Under the pieces are notes generated by a model, which worked only from the letters and a program-made list of their open reading frames with translations, was not told the DNA's origin and searched no databases. 60,974 nt of DNA. Origin: Candidatus Geothermarchaeota archaeon. GTDB taxonomy: Archaea > Thermoproteota > Nitrososphaeria > Geothermarchaeales > JDFR-13. A program made the translations under genes and the position numbers. Location of the stretch: assembly GCA_015523725.1 (NCBI GenBank), contig WAJV01000036.1:1-60974 (forward strand), read 5' to 3'. Shown one piece after another: positions 1 to 9,414 of the stretch; within the stretch, counting starts at the first letter, position 1, and each line of letters opens with the position of its first letter.

Positions 1-663
1 ATATAGATCTAAAAAACTCTTTGATTTGTATATATAGGGTAGTTCCATACGATTCATTCTATGATCTAGGTAGAACCCAGTTTTTTGTCCATTTACTACA
101 TCCACGACAAATTTTGCCTTTCCTTCATTAATTATTGTTTCTTCTTTTTTATATGTTGTTAGCCATTCGCTAAATATGTCTAGGCCAACATCTACTCTTG
201 TTTTCTGTGTATTTTTTAGGTATACATAATTTGCTATACTATGTTTTATCAAAATTTTTTTGATGTCGTCTATTCTAATATCGATTCCAATGCTGCTTGA
301 TTGAATTACAGCTATATCATTATACAAGTCTATGATTAATCCAGGGATGTCGTCTGAGTCTGCATAAACTATTCTTTTCGATTTGAATGGATAATTTTCT
401 CTTTTTTTGAATGCTTTTAGAATGTTTTCCTCTAAAGCTTCATCTAAATCCCTGATATCACCTCTGTATACTATCCTTATAGATACTGGTCCATATCCAT
501 CATAAAATCCGCCTCCTAAAATTTTTCCTAATGTATTAGTAACGAATATCTCTTCTCCGGGCTCGGCTCCACCATCATCTTTAACGCCGTCTTTGTATAT
601 GGTTGATACTCCTTTTTGAATAAGTTTCTCCCCCTTTTTATTAACCACTACTCTCTTTACCAA
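1..663 (-). CDS. PUA-domain SAM-dependent RNA methyltransferase (RlmI/COG1092-like), N-terminal ~220 codons; the 3' part lies outside the window
   Basis: Not in the ORF track because it runs off the window edge. My reverse-complement translation is open from pos 1 up to an in-frame TAA at 667-669. Candidate starts are TTG 663 or GTG 648. It reads ..GKILGGGFYDGYGPVSIRIV..IPGLIIDLYNDIAVIQSSS..FVVDVVNGQKTGFYLDHRMNR... The GQKTGF-LD-R block is typical of RlmI-type methyltransferases. Confidence 0.6.
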   Translation of the reverse strand, partial: MVKRVVVNKKGEKLIQKGVSTIYKDGVKDDGGAEPGEEIFVTNTLGKILGGGFYDGYGPVSIRIVYRGDIRDLDEALEENILKAFKKRENYPFKSKRIVYADSDDIPGLIIDLYNDIAVIQSSSIGIDIRIDDIKKILIKHSIANYVYLKNTQKTRVDVGLDIFSEWLTTYKKEETIINEGKAKFVVDVVNGQKTGFYLDHRMNRMELPYIYKSKSFLDLY

Positions 664-1339
664 TTTTTACACCATAATATCTGCAACTACTTTTTAATGG
701 ACAGATATCACATCTTGGGTTTTTTGCTTTACATATTTTTCTTCCAAATGCGATGAGTTCCATATGGGCATCTAAATATAGATTTACTGGTATAGATTTT
801 TTCCATACATTGCTGATCTCCATATATCTTGCATTTTGATTTACCAAGCCTAGTCTCTTAGTTATTCTTTTAATGTGTGTGTCTACGGGGAATGAGGGGT
901 AGCCCATTTTTAGTAGAAGTATGTCAGCAGTTTTATCTCCGATACCTGGTATCTTCAATAAAATGTCTCTAGCTTCTTCGTAGGGTAAGTCCATTATTTT
1001 TGATAGGTCTCCCCCATAATTTTCTTGGATGATTTTAGTTGCTAATTTTATTTTCTTAGCTTTTATCTTATGTAGTCCTCCTATTCTAATTACCTCAGCT
1101 AATCGTTCTGTATCTGTATTTAATATCTTGGATGGTTCTATACCGATCTCTTCTTCTAGGTTTTTGAATGCTCTTATGCTATTTTTATCATTTGTGTTTT
1201 GGGATAATATAGTCGCTATAAGGATCTTATAGTAGTTATCCTTAGGAGGTATTTCTGATGTAAATTCCATGTTTCCCCTTAGTTTCATTTTCTTTATTTT
1301 GTGGTATATATTGTATGGGTTTAGATTGTCGCTTCTCAT
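641..1339 (-). CDS. nth: Endonuclease III (HhH-GPD DNA glycosylase/AP lyase with 4Fe-4S cluster)
   Basis: ILSQNTND block, helix-hairpin-helix LLKIPGIGDKTADILL, and C-terminal Cx6Cx2Cx5C cluster (CKAKNPRCDICPLKSSC). The true start may be internal (M18 or M24). Confidence 0.85.
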   Translation of the reverse strand: MRSDNLNPYNIYHKIKKMKLRGNMEFTSEIPPKDNYYKILIATILSQNTNDKNSIRAFKNLEEEIGIEPSKILNTDTERLAEVIRIGGLHKIKAKKIKLATKIIQENYGGDLSKIMDLPYEEARDILLKIPGIGDKTADILLLKMGYPSFPVDTHIKRITKRLGLVNQNARYMEISNVWKKSIPVNLYLDAHMELIAFGRKICKAKNPRCDICPLKSSCRYYGVKIGKESSG

Positions 1340-1395
1340 TTTATAGAATTATCTAATTGTAGAAGGAGGAATTTATTTTTGTTGATAAAAAAGGT

Positions 1396-2262
1396 TTATG
1401 ATAAATATTTTGTTTGGATTTCTTCCGCCTTTTTCTTCGCCCCTCTTACAGTGAATTTTGGTGCTTCTACTTTCTCTACTCCCTCGACATAGGGCAGTGG
1501 GGGAACTAGCTGGGCTCCTTTTCTCTCCTCCAGATATCCTAGGTCTTTTTCTACAACCATTTTTCTTAATATTTGAATCGCCAGTGCTGGATCGACGCCT
1601 TTAGGACATACGTCTGAGCAGGAGCCTGCTAAATGGCATCCCCAACACCCATCTGGTGAGTCAACTATTTCTAGTCTTAGTAGTAATCCTTCATCTCTGT
1701 TATCTGCAATGAATCTATATGCATTCATCAATGCTTGTGGTCCTAGATAATCCTTATTTGTGCCCGAGGTGGGACACGCGGCGTAGCATAGGGCGCATGT
1801 TAAGCAGTAGCTGAACTGTAGATATTCCTCTACTTCTCTAGGTGTTTGTTTATATTCTCTTGTTGGATTCCAATATTCATCAAGGTCATTTTTCCTAATT
1901 ATATATGGTTTTATTGTTTTCTGTTTTTCAAAGAATGGTGTGTGATCCACTACTAGGTCCTTTACTAATGGGAGGTTTTTAAGTGGCTCCAATGTTATTG
2001 TATCGCTTTGAAGATGGAGGATTTGGGTTGAACATGCTAGCATAGGCTTACCATTTATTACTATTCCACATATTCCGCATGTAGCCATTCTACAGCTTCT
2101 TCGGAATGATAGTGATGGATCTAGATTTTCTTTTATATATATTAGTCCCTCCAATACTGTCATCCCTTTAAATACTGGTACTTCGAATGTATCCACTCTG
2201 AATCTACCATCTTCTGGTATCCATCTCTTTATCCTAAATTTCACATTTTTTATTGTCTCCAT
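1396..2262 (-). CDS. sdhB: Succinate dehydrogenase/fumarate reductase iron-sulfur subunit
   Basis: Three Cys clusters: CRMATCGICG, CLTCALCYAACP, CHLAGSCSDVCP. I start at METIKN (ATG 2262), which is preceded by GGTGAGG and avoids overlap with the upstream anchor gene. It has a ~60-aa Lys-rich C-terminal tail. Confidence 0.85.
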   Translation of the reverse strand: METIKNVKFRIKRWIPEDGRFRVDTFEVPVFKGMTVLEGLIYIKENLDPSLSFRRSCRMATCGICGIVINGKPMLACSTQILHLQSDTITLEPLKNLPLVKDLVVDHTPFFEKQKTIKPYIIRKNDLDEYWNPTREYKQTPREVEEYLQFSYCLTCALCYAACPTSGTNKDYLGPQALMNAYRFIADNRDEGLLLRLEIVDSPDGCWGCHLAGSCSDVCPKGVDPALAIQILRKMVVEKDLGYLEERKGAQLVPPLPYVEGVEKVEAPKFTVRGAKKKAEEIQTKYLS

Positions 2263-2276
2263 TTGCCTCACCTTGT

Positions 2277-2612
2277 TTACTTTATTATGGGTAATAATCC
2301 ATAGATTAAGACGATTATGTAAATTGTCCATATTATCCAAGATACTGCGACTCTTGTTCTTTTACTGGTAGTGTATTCGAAAATGATGTTTCTTATTCCT
2401 ATGAATCCGTGGGTCAGTAATGCGAATAATAATAATGTATATATTATGTCATAGAAGGGGTTAGCCATTCTCTGAGATACGGTTTCCCAGCTCAATCCTA
2501 GCTCATATCCGGGGCCTATTAATGAAGTAAATATCGATAAATGTATTAGTATCAATACTACGATGGCTGCCCCCAATAAATATTGTATGAATCTTATATA
2601 ACTCTCTTTCAT
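2277..2612 (-). CDS. sdhD: Succinate dehydrogenase small membrane anchor subunit (SdhD-like)
   Basis: 111-aa protein with 3 hydrophobic helices carrying His residues (LIHLS, LLTHGFIG). It sits between sdhC and sdhB. Start taken at MKESY (ATG 2612), 2 nt after the sdhC stop. Confidence 0.55.
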   Translation of the reverse strand: MKESYIRFIQYLLGAAIVVLILIHLSIFTSLIGPGYELGLSWETVSQRMANPFYDIIYTLLLFALLTHGFIGIRNIIFEYTTSKRTRVAVSWIIWTIYIIVLIYGLLPIIK

Positions 2613-2614
2613 AT

Positions 2615-3091
2615 TTAGAACACCCACACCATCAATAATTCATAGGCTACTATTATGAGGAGTATGAATCCCAAGACGATCATTGATAGTATAAGTAATC
2701 TCGGTGTTCTAGTCTTGAGTATCTGCCTATATGGATAGATAGGTCTAGCTGGTTTTCCTAGTAGGAATCCATATTCATTTAATATAAGTCTTATGCCGTT
2801 TACTCCGTGGAAAATTAATCCAGCCATAACAATGAATAATCCGAAATCAGCTATTGGGTTATTTATTAGACTGTGTGTATATTCATAGGCACTTTCACCA
2901 TACATTCTGGAGGAAGTTATTATTATGTGTAGTATTAGGTAAAATACTAGTCCTATGCCTGTTATTCTGTGGAGGAAATATAGGTATCTCTCCATATTCA
3001 TTCTGAGATTCCCTATCCACCCGGCCGTGCCTGCAAGATTATATTTAGTCTTATATTTTCTTTTTCTTTTAGCGAATCCCATTTGCTTCAC
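2615..3091 (-). CDS. sdhC: Succinate dehydrogenase cytochrome b-type membrane anchor subunit (SdhC-like)
   Basis: 158-aa protein with 3 predicted TM helices and conserved-looking His (FLHRITG, IFHGVNGIR). It lies 1 nt downstream of sdhA. Confidence 0.6.
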   Translation of the reverse strand: MKQMGFAKRKRKYKTKYNLAGTAGWIGNLRMNMERYLYFLHRITGIGLVFYLILHIIITSSRMYGESAYEYTHSLINNPIADFGLFIVMAGLIFHGVNGIRLILNEYGFLLGKPARPIYPYRQILKTRTPRLLILSMIVLGFILLIIVAYELLMVWVF

Positions 3092-3092
3092 C

Positions 3093-4811
3093 TCAATATT
3101 TTCTCTCCACAGGTTTCCAAAACAGTATCTTTACGGGTTTATACTTTATTATTGGGCCTTCCTTGCTGTAGTAAACTAAAGTGTGTTTCAAGAAGTTTTT
3201 ATCATCTCTTTTTGGATAATCTGTTCTATAGTGCGCTCCTCTGCTCTCCTTTCTAGCTAATGCACCCACAGCGATGACTTCGGATGTTAATAGCATGTTT
3301 TCTAATTCCAGTGTATAGAACAGATCACTATTGTAGAATCTAGATTTATCCATGACTCTAGCTTTTGAAAATCTCTCCTTTAATTCTCTAATCTTCTTTA
3401 ATCCCTCTGTCATTCCTTTCTCATCCCTGAACACATGGAAATAGGTGTCCATTACTATTCTAAGTTCTCTCCTAATTTCGTAGGGGTCTTCTCCACTTTC
3501 TCTCTTCATCAATCCATCGAATATCCTCTTTTCCTCTTTTTCTACTAAATCCATCGGTATCTGTGGGTAGTCCTCCTTTTTCAAGGCATACTCGGCAGCA
3601 TTCTTGCCCGCATATTTTCCGAATACTAGGCATTCAGCCGTTGAGTTTGTTCCCAATCTATTTGCACCATGGATACTTACCGAAGTTACTTCCCCAGCTG
3701 CCCATAATCCTTTCGCATCGGTAAGGGCATCTATGTCTGTTGGTACTCCACCCATTGGGTAGTGAGCCACCGGTCTCACGGGTAATGGTTCCTCTATTGG
3801 ATCCACTCCAGCGAATTTTATTGAGACTTCCCGTACTAATGGGAGTCTCTCATTGATTTTGTCGGCTCCTAGGTGGGTTAAGTCTAGATGAACATATTTT
3901 AATCCATATGGGCCTTCAAATCCTCTTCCCTCATTTATCTCTGTCATCATGGCTCTGCTAACAATATCCCTTGGAGCTAATTCCATGAATTTTGGTGCAT
4001 ATTTTGTCATGAATCTTTCTCCCTTATTGTTGCGGAGGTATCCTCCTTCTCCCCTTGCGCCTTCTGTAATTAATATTCCTGATGGTATGAGGCCTGTTGG
4101 ATGGAATTGTACAAACTCCATATCTTGGAGGGGTAGGCCTGCTCTGTAGGGAATGGCGAATCCATCGCCGGTGGCGGATAAACTATAGGTTGTGAATCCA
4201 TACATTCTCAGTCCTCCCCCGGCGGCCCATATGGCTGCTTTTGAAGTAAATACTTGGAATTCGCCATTATACATATCTATCGCTGTTAATCCTCTGTATT
4301 CTCCATCTACCAATAATAGGCTGGTAACCATCCATTCAGGGTAGAATGTTATGTTGTCAAATTGTTGGAGGACTCCCCATAGTGTTTGCATCTCGAAGAA
4401 GCCAGTCTTATCGGCTGCGAATGTGGCTCTTGGGAAGGAATGTCCACCGAATTTTCTCTGGGCTATTCTTCCGTCTTCTCTCCTACTCCAAGGTATTCCC
4501 CAGTGTTCAAGCATCAATATTTCTTTCGGGCAATCGAAAACGAATCTAACTACTGCATCTTGGTCTGCAAGGAAATCAGATCCTTTTACAGTGTCCCATG
4601 CATGGGCCCAAAAATTATCCCCTTCATTGGGATATAATACAGCAGCAGTACCTCCCTCTGCACATACCGAATGTGATCTATTTATTTGTAGCTTGGATAT
4701 TACGGCTATATCTAGCTTTCCATTAGAGATTAAGGAGGCTTCCACTGCAGCTCTGAGTCCAGCTAATCCGCTTCCGACTATGATTAAGTCATGTCTAATG
4801 ATTTCAACCAT
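3093..4811 (-). CDS. sdhA: Succinate dehydrogenase/fumarate reductase flavoprotein subunit
   Basis: FAD fold VGSGLAGLRAA, covalent-FAD His context RSHSVCAEGG, and the HPTG, RGEGG and HGANRLG motifs. Confidence 0.92.
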   Translation of the reverse strand: MVEIIRHDLIIVGSGLAGLRAAVEASLISNGKLDIAVISKLQINRSHSVCAEGGTAAVLYPNEGDNFWAHAWDTVKGSDFLADQDAVVRFVFDCPKEILMLEHWGIPWSRREDGRIAQRKFGGHSFPRATFAADKTGFFEMQTLWGVLQQFDNITFYPEWMVTSLLLVDGEYRGLTAIDMYNGEFQVFTSKAAIWAAGGGLRMYGFTTYSLSATGDGFAIPYRAGLPLQDMEFVQFHPTGLIPSGILITEGARGEGGYLRNNKGERFMTKYAPKFMELAPRDIVSRAMMTEINEGRGFEGPYGLKYVHLDLTHLGADKINERLPLVREVSIKFAGVDPIEEPLPVRPVAHYPMGGVPTDIDALTDAKGLWAAGEVTSVSIHGANRLGTNSTAECLVFGKYAGKNAAEYALKKEDYPQIPMDLVEKEEKRIFDGLMKRESGEDPYEIRRELRIVMDTYFHVFRDEKGMTEGLKKIRELKERFSKARVMDKSRFYNSDLFYTLELENMLLTSEVIAVGALARKESRGAHYRTDYPKRDDKNFLKHTLVYYSKEGPIIKYKPVKILFWKPVERKY

Positions 4812-4933
4812 CTATGTTCACCAGCATTAAATAAATAATTTTGAGTTAGGCAAAATAAGGAGATAATATATATGTGATTCATACTATAAAAAAGACTTTA
4901 AAGCGGGGTTATACTATTGTTCATTTCCGGGGG

Positions 4934-5527
4934 TTAGAGATTTGAAATTATTTGATTTAGGTTCTCCAAAGTTTTAGTCTTTATTTCTTTATGTATACTT
5001 TGGCCATGTGTATCCATTGTGACTATTAGTGGCCCAAATTCTTCTACTTCTAAGACCCACATAGCCTCAGGAGTCCCTAGGTCGAGCCACTCTACTTTAA
5101 CTACTTTTTTTATAGATTTTGCTGCTAATGCACCTAATCCACCGGGGAAAATTGTGTATACTGCTCCATACCTCGCTAATGCATCAAGAGTTTTTTCCTT
5201 CATGCCTCCTTTACCCACGATGACTCTCGGTTTAAAGTATTCTATAAATTTATGTTCTATATACTCCATTCTTGTGCTTGTAGTTGGACCCGCCGCTACG
5301 ATCATCCATTTATTATTTCTCTTCAATGCAATTGGTCCACAATGGTATAAGACGTTTCCTTCGAATTTTACTGGAATCTCCTTATTTTTTTCTTTATATT
5401 CAACCGCCCTTCTATGGGCTTGATCCCTGGCAGTTATTACGGTGCCTGAGATGTAGATAATATCCTTCACTCGTAATTTTCTTATTTCTTCCTCACTAAT
5501 TGGGGTTTTAAGATGATATTCACTCAT
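4934..5527 (-). CDS. Class I (Fe-S) fumarate hydratase, beta subunit (C-terminal domain type)
   Basis: GPTTSTRM block typical of the FumA C-terminal/TtdB family. It is directly downstream (2 nt) of the alpha subunit. Confidence 0.85.
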   Translation of the reverse strand: MSEYHLKTPISEEEIRKLRVKDIIYISGTVITARDQAHRRAVEYKEKNKEIPVKFEGNVLYHCGPIALKRNNKWMIVAAGPTTSTRMEYIEHKFIEYFKPRVIVGKGGMKEKTLDALARYGAVYTIFPGGLGALAAKSIKKVVKVEWLDLGTPEAMWVLEVEEFGPLIVTMDTHGQSIHKEIKTKTLENLNQIISNL

Positions 5528-5529
5528 TT

Positions 5530-6480
5530 TTAATCACCTAATAAGTTTATTTCAAATATATTGTCTATTGAGTGGCTCAATACCTTAATTTCTCCATCTG
5601 AACTAACTTTTATGGTAGCTCTCCTAGCTGCCCAGCATTGCGTTACAATTCCTACAGGTAGCGTTGCTGGATGTCTATATGCATATTCCACATTTACTCC
5701 TAAAACTGTAGTGTCTCCACCAAGCCCCATTGGACCTATACCCAATGAATTCAATTCATTATATAGTTCTTCCTCGAGTCTCGCTACCTGTGGGTTCTCA
5801 TGTCTCTCGGTGATTGGCCTTAGTAATGCTAGTTTCCCAAGTTTCATCGCTATATCAGCTCCTCCACCAATTCCCACTCCTACAATTATTGGTGGGCATG
5901 GTTTTCCTCCAGCCTCAAAGACGGTCTTTAACACAGCCTCTTTTATTCCCTTGATTCCAAGCCCGGGGCTAACCATTCTTAACTGGGCAGTGTATTCACT
6001 CCCCCCTCCTTTTGGTAAAACTGTTATCTCAGCTTCGTCTCCATCTGTCACTTCCCAATTTATCCATGGGATAAATCTACCAGTATTGTCTCCAGAATTT
6101 TTCCCAGTGAATGGATCCACTGCATTAGGTCTTATTGGAACTCTATCGGTTGCTATTTTTGTAGCCTTAATTAATAGTTGGCTTAATTCTGTTACTAAAG
6201 GGAATTCTTTGCCGACCTTTATAAACCATGTTATGGTTCCAGTGTCTTGGCACATAGGTATTCCATGATCCTCTGCTAGGGAGAAGTTTTCTATTATTGA
6301 TGAAAGAATTTTCTTTGCAACAGGGTTCCTCTCTCTGTTATAGGCATTCTTAATTGCTGTCTTTACATCGTCAGGCAAGGTTGTTACAGCTATTTTTATT
6401 TGTTTTACTAAGGCCTCTACTAATCTATCTTTATTTATATTTGACAAATTATCACCCATAAATAGATTAATTTTTTCCAT
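5530..6480 (-). CDS. Class I (Fe-S) fumarate hydratase, alpha subunit (N-terminal domain type)
   Basis: MCQDTGT motif and GGGSEY-type block. The ORF is open to 6522, but I prefer MEKINLF (6480) or MGDNLS (6459) because of the divergent gene at 6543. Confidence 0.85.
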   Translation of the reverse strand: MEKINLFMGDNLSNINKDRLVEALVKQIKIAVTTLPDDVKTAIKNAYNRERNPVAKKILSSIIENFSLAEDHGIPMCQDTGTITWFIKVGKEFPLVTELSQLLIKATKIATDRVPIRPNAVDPFTGKNSGDNTGRFIPWINWEVTDGDEAEITVLPKGGGSEYTAQLRMVSPGLGIKGIKEAVLKTVFEAGGKPCPPIIVGVGIGGGADIAMKLGKLALLRPITERHENPQVARLEEELYNELNSLGIGPMGLGGDTTVLGVNVEYAYRHPATLPVGIVTQCWAARRATIKVSSDGEIKVLSHSIDNIFEINLLGD

Positions 6481-6542
6481 CTTTAGTGGATATACATATT
6501 TTATATAAACCATAGTAAACAAATATATTGTGGTGGTTTCTT

Positions 6543-7025
6543 ATGGATATCGAGGTTGTCTCAGTTAAAGTGCCTGAAGGTGTGAATATTATAGCTGGGA
6601 TTAGTCATTTTATAAAGACGGTTGAGGATCTATATGAGGCACTGGCGACTGCCAGTCCGTCTCTTAAATTTGGCATCGCTTTTTGCGAGGCTAGTGGGCC
6701 TACCTTGATTAGATATGATGGTAATGATAGTGAGTTAACTAGTTTTGCCATTGATGTAGCCAAGAAAGTGTCTGCAGGTCATTTCTTTATAGTGGCTTTA
6801 AAGAATGGTTATCCAATTAACGTCTTGAATAGAATTAAATTGGTCGATGAAGTGGTGAATATTCTCGTTGCGACAGCCAATCCCGTCCAATTCTTGGTAG
6901 TTGAGACTGAACAAGGCCGTGGAGTAATAGGGGTTGTGGATGGGTTCAAGAGTAAGGGTGTAGAGGGCGTAAAGGATAAGGAACATAGACATAAGTTCTT
7001 GAGGGATATTGGGTATAAGAAGTAG
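6543..7025 (+). CDS. Adenosine-specific kinase family protein (PF04008-like)
   Basis: [43 protein letters not shown] matches my memory of this small archaeal family. A TTATATAAA box lies ~35 nt upstream of ATG 6543. Confidence 0.55.
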   Translation: MDIEVVSVKVPEGVNIIAGISHFIKTVEDLYEALATASPSLKFGIAFCEASGPTLIRYDGNDSELTSFAIDVAKKVSAGHFFIVALKNGYPINVLNRIKLVDEVVNILVATANPVQFLVVETEQGRGVIGVVDGFKSKGVEGVKDKEHRHKFLRDIGYKK

Positions 7026-7051
7026 TTTTATATAGGGGTTTCAATAGTTTA

Positions 7052-8374
7052 TTACTTATTTTTTTGAAGGAGTCTCTTAATTTGGTCTGGGTGCTCACTA
7101 TGTATTACTAGTACATCTTTAGGCTTTATTTCTCTATAAACCTTCATTAGATCAATTGGGTGGATGTGTCCGCTACTATGTATCCTATATGACGGGGCGC
7201 CCAACATTTTCAACCAATTGATTATTTTTTCATATGAGATCTCTATTTCTTCGTCATATGGTTCGGAGGTGCTATGTATAGCTATACAATATTCTGGTCT
7301 TTTCTTATATATATCTTGTAAATGTAGGTCGAATCCTTCCAATATCACGTTTTTATCGATTATGTTATCTAGTTCATTTATTACATTGAATCCTTCTTTA
7401 TCGATCTCTGACAATGTTTCTTTCACATTTTTTCTCAATCTTTTTATATTTTTGACATATACATGTATTAAGTCCCTATTTCTATCAAAACCGATCTTGT
7501 CATGAAGGCCTGGGTCTTTTTTATAGAGATTGTATAAGAAAATGAAGTGTCTATAATCAAAGATGATCTCTCTATTCCAATTCATCGAAGCCTCTAAAAT
7601 ACTTTCATATCTATCTATATCCAAATAAGAATATTCCAAGAGTATTAGTCCATTGAATTGCGACATTATCTGATTTAATTTATTTAATACATCTATCTCC
7701 CGGTCTGGAGTGGAATCGATGAATCTCGTACCTTCGGTTATAAATAGGTCTATGTTATCATATTGCTTTGCTCTCTCTATTAAATCTAGTGTGAGTGATT
7801 TTTCACATATTTTTCCACCATGTAATCTATAGTCTCCTGTATAGAGGAGTGTAGTGTCTGGAGTCTGAATTATATATGCATATGCCCCGGGTATACTATG
7901 GTCAACATGTATAGCCTCTACTTCGATATTACCTATATCCACTCTATACCCTGTCCTTAATGGCCTGATAACTGTATCTATATCGATTTCATATTTATTT
8001 CCGTATACTTCTTTCCTTGTATTAATTATTATTTTTGATGTTTCACCCATATATATTGGAATGTCTTTCTGGAGGTATTGTATTAGTTCTGAATGGTCTC
8101 TATGGGCGTGGGTAATGAAAATTGCATTTATATCTTCTTCATTTTGATTGAATAACCCTGGAACCTTTGGGACTACATTCAATTCGATTAACTCATCGAT
8201 GCCTCTCGGTGTTCTCAGAGGCCATTCATAGAATTTTTTATATCGAGTAAATGATAGGCCTAGGTCGAATACAATTTTAGTATCTTTATGTCCAACCTCT
8301 ATTATGTTGCCGCCTATTTCATTGTATCCAGAATGTATCTTAACATATGTCTTATTATTAATCCATTTATTCAT
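7052..8374 (-). CDS. Metallo-beta-lactamase/beta-CASP ribonuclease (RNase J-like)
   Basis: NEIGGNIIEV N-terminus, HAHRDH zinc motif, TGDYRLHG, ITEGT (beta-CASP motif A-like), and C-terminal HSSGH. Confidence 0.6.
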   Translation of the reverse strand: MNKWINNKTYVKIHSGYNEIGGNIIEVGHKDTKIVFDLGLSFTRYKKFYEWPLRTPRGIDELIELNVVPKVPGLFNQNEEDINAIFITHAHRDHSELIQYLQKDIPIYMGETSKIIINTRKEVYGNKYEIDIDTVIRPLRTGYRVDIGNIEVEAIHVDHSIPGAYAYIIQTPDTTLLYTGDYRLHGGKICEKSLTLDLIERAKQYDNIDLFITEGTRFIDSTPDREIDVLNKLNQIMSQFNGLILLEYSYLDIDRYESILEASMNWNREIIFDYRHFIFLYNLYKKDPGLHDKIGFDRNRDLIHVYVKNIKRLRKNVKETLSEIDKEGFNVINELDNIIDKNVILEGFDLHLQDIYKKRPEYCIAIHSTSEPYDEEIEISYEKIINWLKMLGAPSYRIHSSGHIHPIDLMKVYREIKPKDVLVIHSEHPDQIKRLLQKNK

Positions 8375-8375
8375 T

Positions 8376-9275
8376 TTAATAGCCTCCTAAATACATGATA
8401 ATCTTTTTTAATTTATTTACAGCGTCAACTGAATTGTTGCCTGATATATATGCAAAACCAACTCTTCCATACCCTCCTTTGTCCAGGATTATGTCGGGAG
8501 ATTCGTTTAATTTATTAATAATTTCTTCATCTGATAGCGCCTCAATCTCTTTATATTCTAGTTCTAATTTTCTAGCTGCCTCTTTAATTCTATGATTGTA
8601 GGCTATTCCTGTCAATCCGTATATGTGTCTATTTATCATATGTAATTTTCTTAATACTCCTCCCATATGTTTACTTCCTCCGACTCTAGGTCTATCATAA
8701 GTCATTATCTCGTTATTTATTACAACTATTCTTCCCGGAAACCCGATTACTGGATATTTCCATGGATCGTCACCAATCTCCACTAGTCTTGTTATATTTG
8801 TGGAGACTTCTGGGATATATTCTTTTATAGAGGGGATCTTTCTGAATATGTTGAATGCTTGGTCGACTTCTATAATTGCTCTATTTATGAGGAACTCGCT
8901 GTATAAGCTGGTCAGTTTTCTGCACTCTGTAAATCTATGTACTCTATGTAGCTGAATATATTTGCATATAATTCCTTTTGAAACCCATTTAATCCATGTT
9001 TCCAATATTTTCTCATTCAATAATTCTGGAGTTAGACCTGGTTTATAGATTAGAGTCCTTAATGTTTCTATATCATCCTTTATTTTTTCTAGTAGTTCGT
9101 CTGAAATATACTCGTTTATACTATGGTTCATGTATTTCGTTACTGCGGTTGGTGTAACACCTAGTCTTCGTGCCAGTTCACTCCAGGTCATAATTCTCGG
9201 ATCATGTTTCTTCACGATGTATGTTCTGATGCCAGGTAGTAGCTTGTTTACGAGAATTTCCTCCAATATTAGCAT
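8376..9275 (-). CDS. HTH domain fused to ThiN-type thiamine-phosphate synthase domain (COG1992-like)
   Basis: N-terminal HTH (WSELARRLGVTPTAVTKY). C-terminal IPEVSTNI..GFPGRI..GGSKHMGGVL pattern resembles ThiN domains. Confidence 0.6.
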   Translation of the reverse strand: MLILEEILVNKLLPGIRTYIVKKHDPRIMTWSELARRLGVTPTAVTKYMNHSINEYISDELLEKIKDDIETLRTLIYKPGLTPELLNEKILETWIKWVSKGIICKYIQLHRVHRFTECRKLTSLYSEFLINRAIIEVDQAFNIFRKIPSIKEYIPEVSTNITRLVEIGDDPWKYPVIGFPGRIVVINNEIMTYDRPRVGGSKHMGGVLRKLHMINRHIYGLTGIAYNHRIKEAARKLELEYKEIEALSDEEIINKLNESPDIILDKGGYGRVGFAYISGNNSVDAVNKLKKIIMYLGGY

Positions 9276-9414
9276 GTTGCTTCAATATATTAATTTTCTA
9301 ATTAGTGTTTATATGCAAATGTATATTGAGTGTGATTGTATCTAGGTCTATAACTTCAATAGGTACATTTTATATATGTATTGAGGTGTTCTATTAAGAT
9401 TTTTCGGAAGTAAG

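Noticed and set aside
2263-2340. 26-codon N-terminal extension of sdhB (ORF open to 2340).
   Set aside because: It would overlap the sdhD coding end by 64 nt. The internal ATG 2262 has a GGTGAGG box upstream and gives the normal SdhB N-terminus.
5561-6268. Long antisense ORFs in the track. Examples: 5561-6268, 4351-4830, 5019-5423, 33472-34092, 34747-35217, 44713-45246, 21891-22313, 31554-32012, 49586-50014, 54735-55118, 60379-60813.
   Set aside because: Each lies fully opposite a gene with strong family motifs. Their translations are low-complexity Ser/Pro/Leu/Ile-rich strings typical of the complement of purine-rich, AT-rich coding DNA. No motifs are present.
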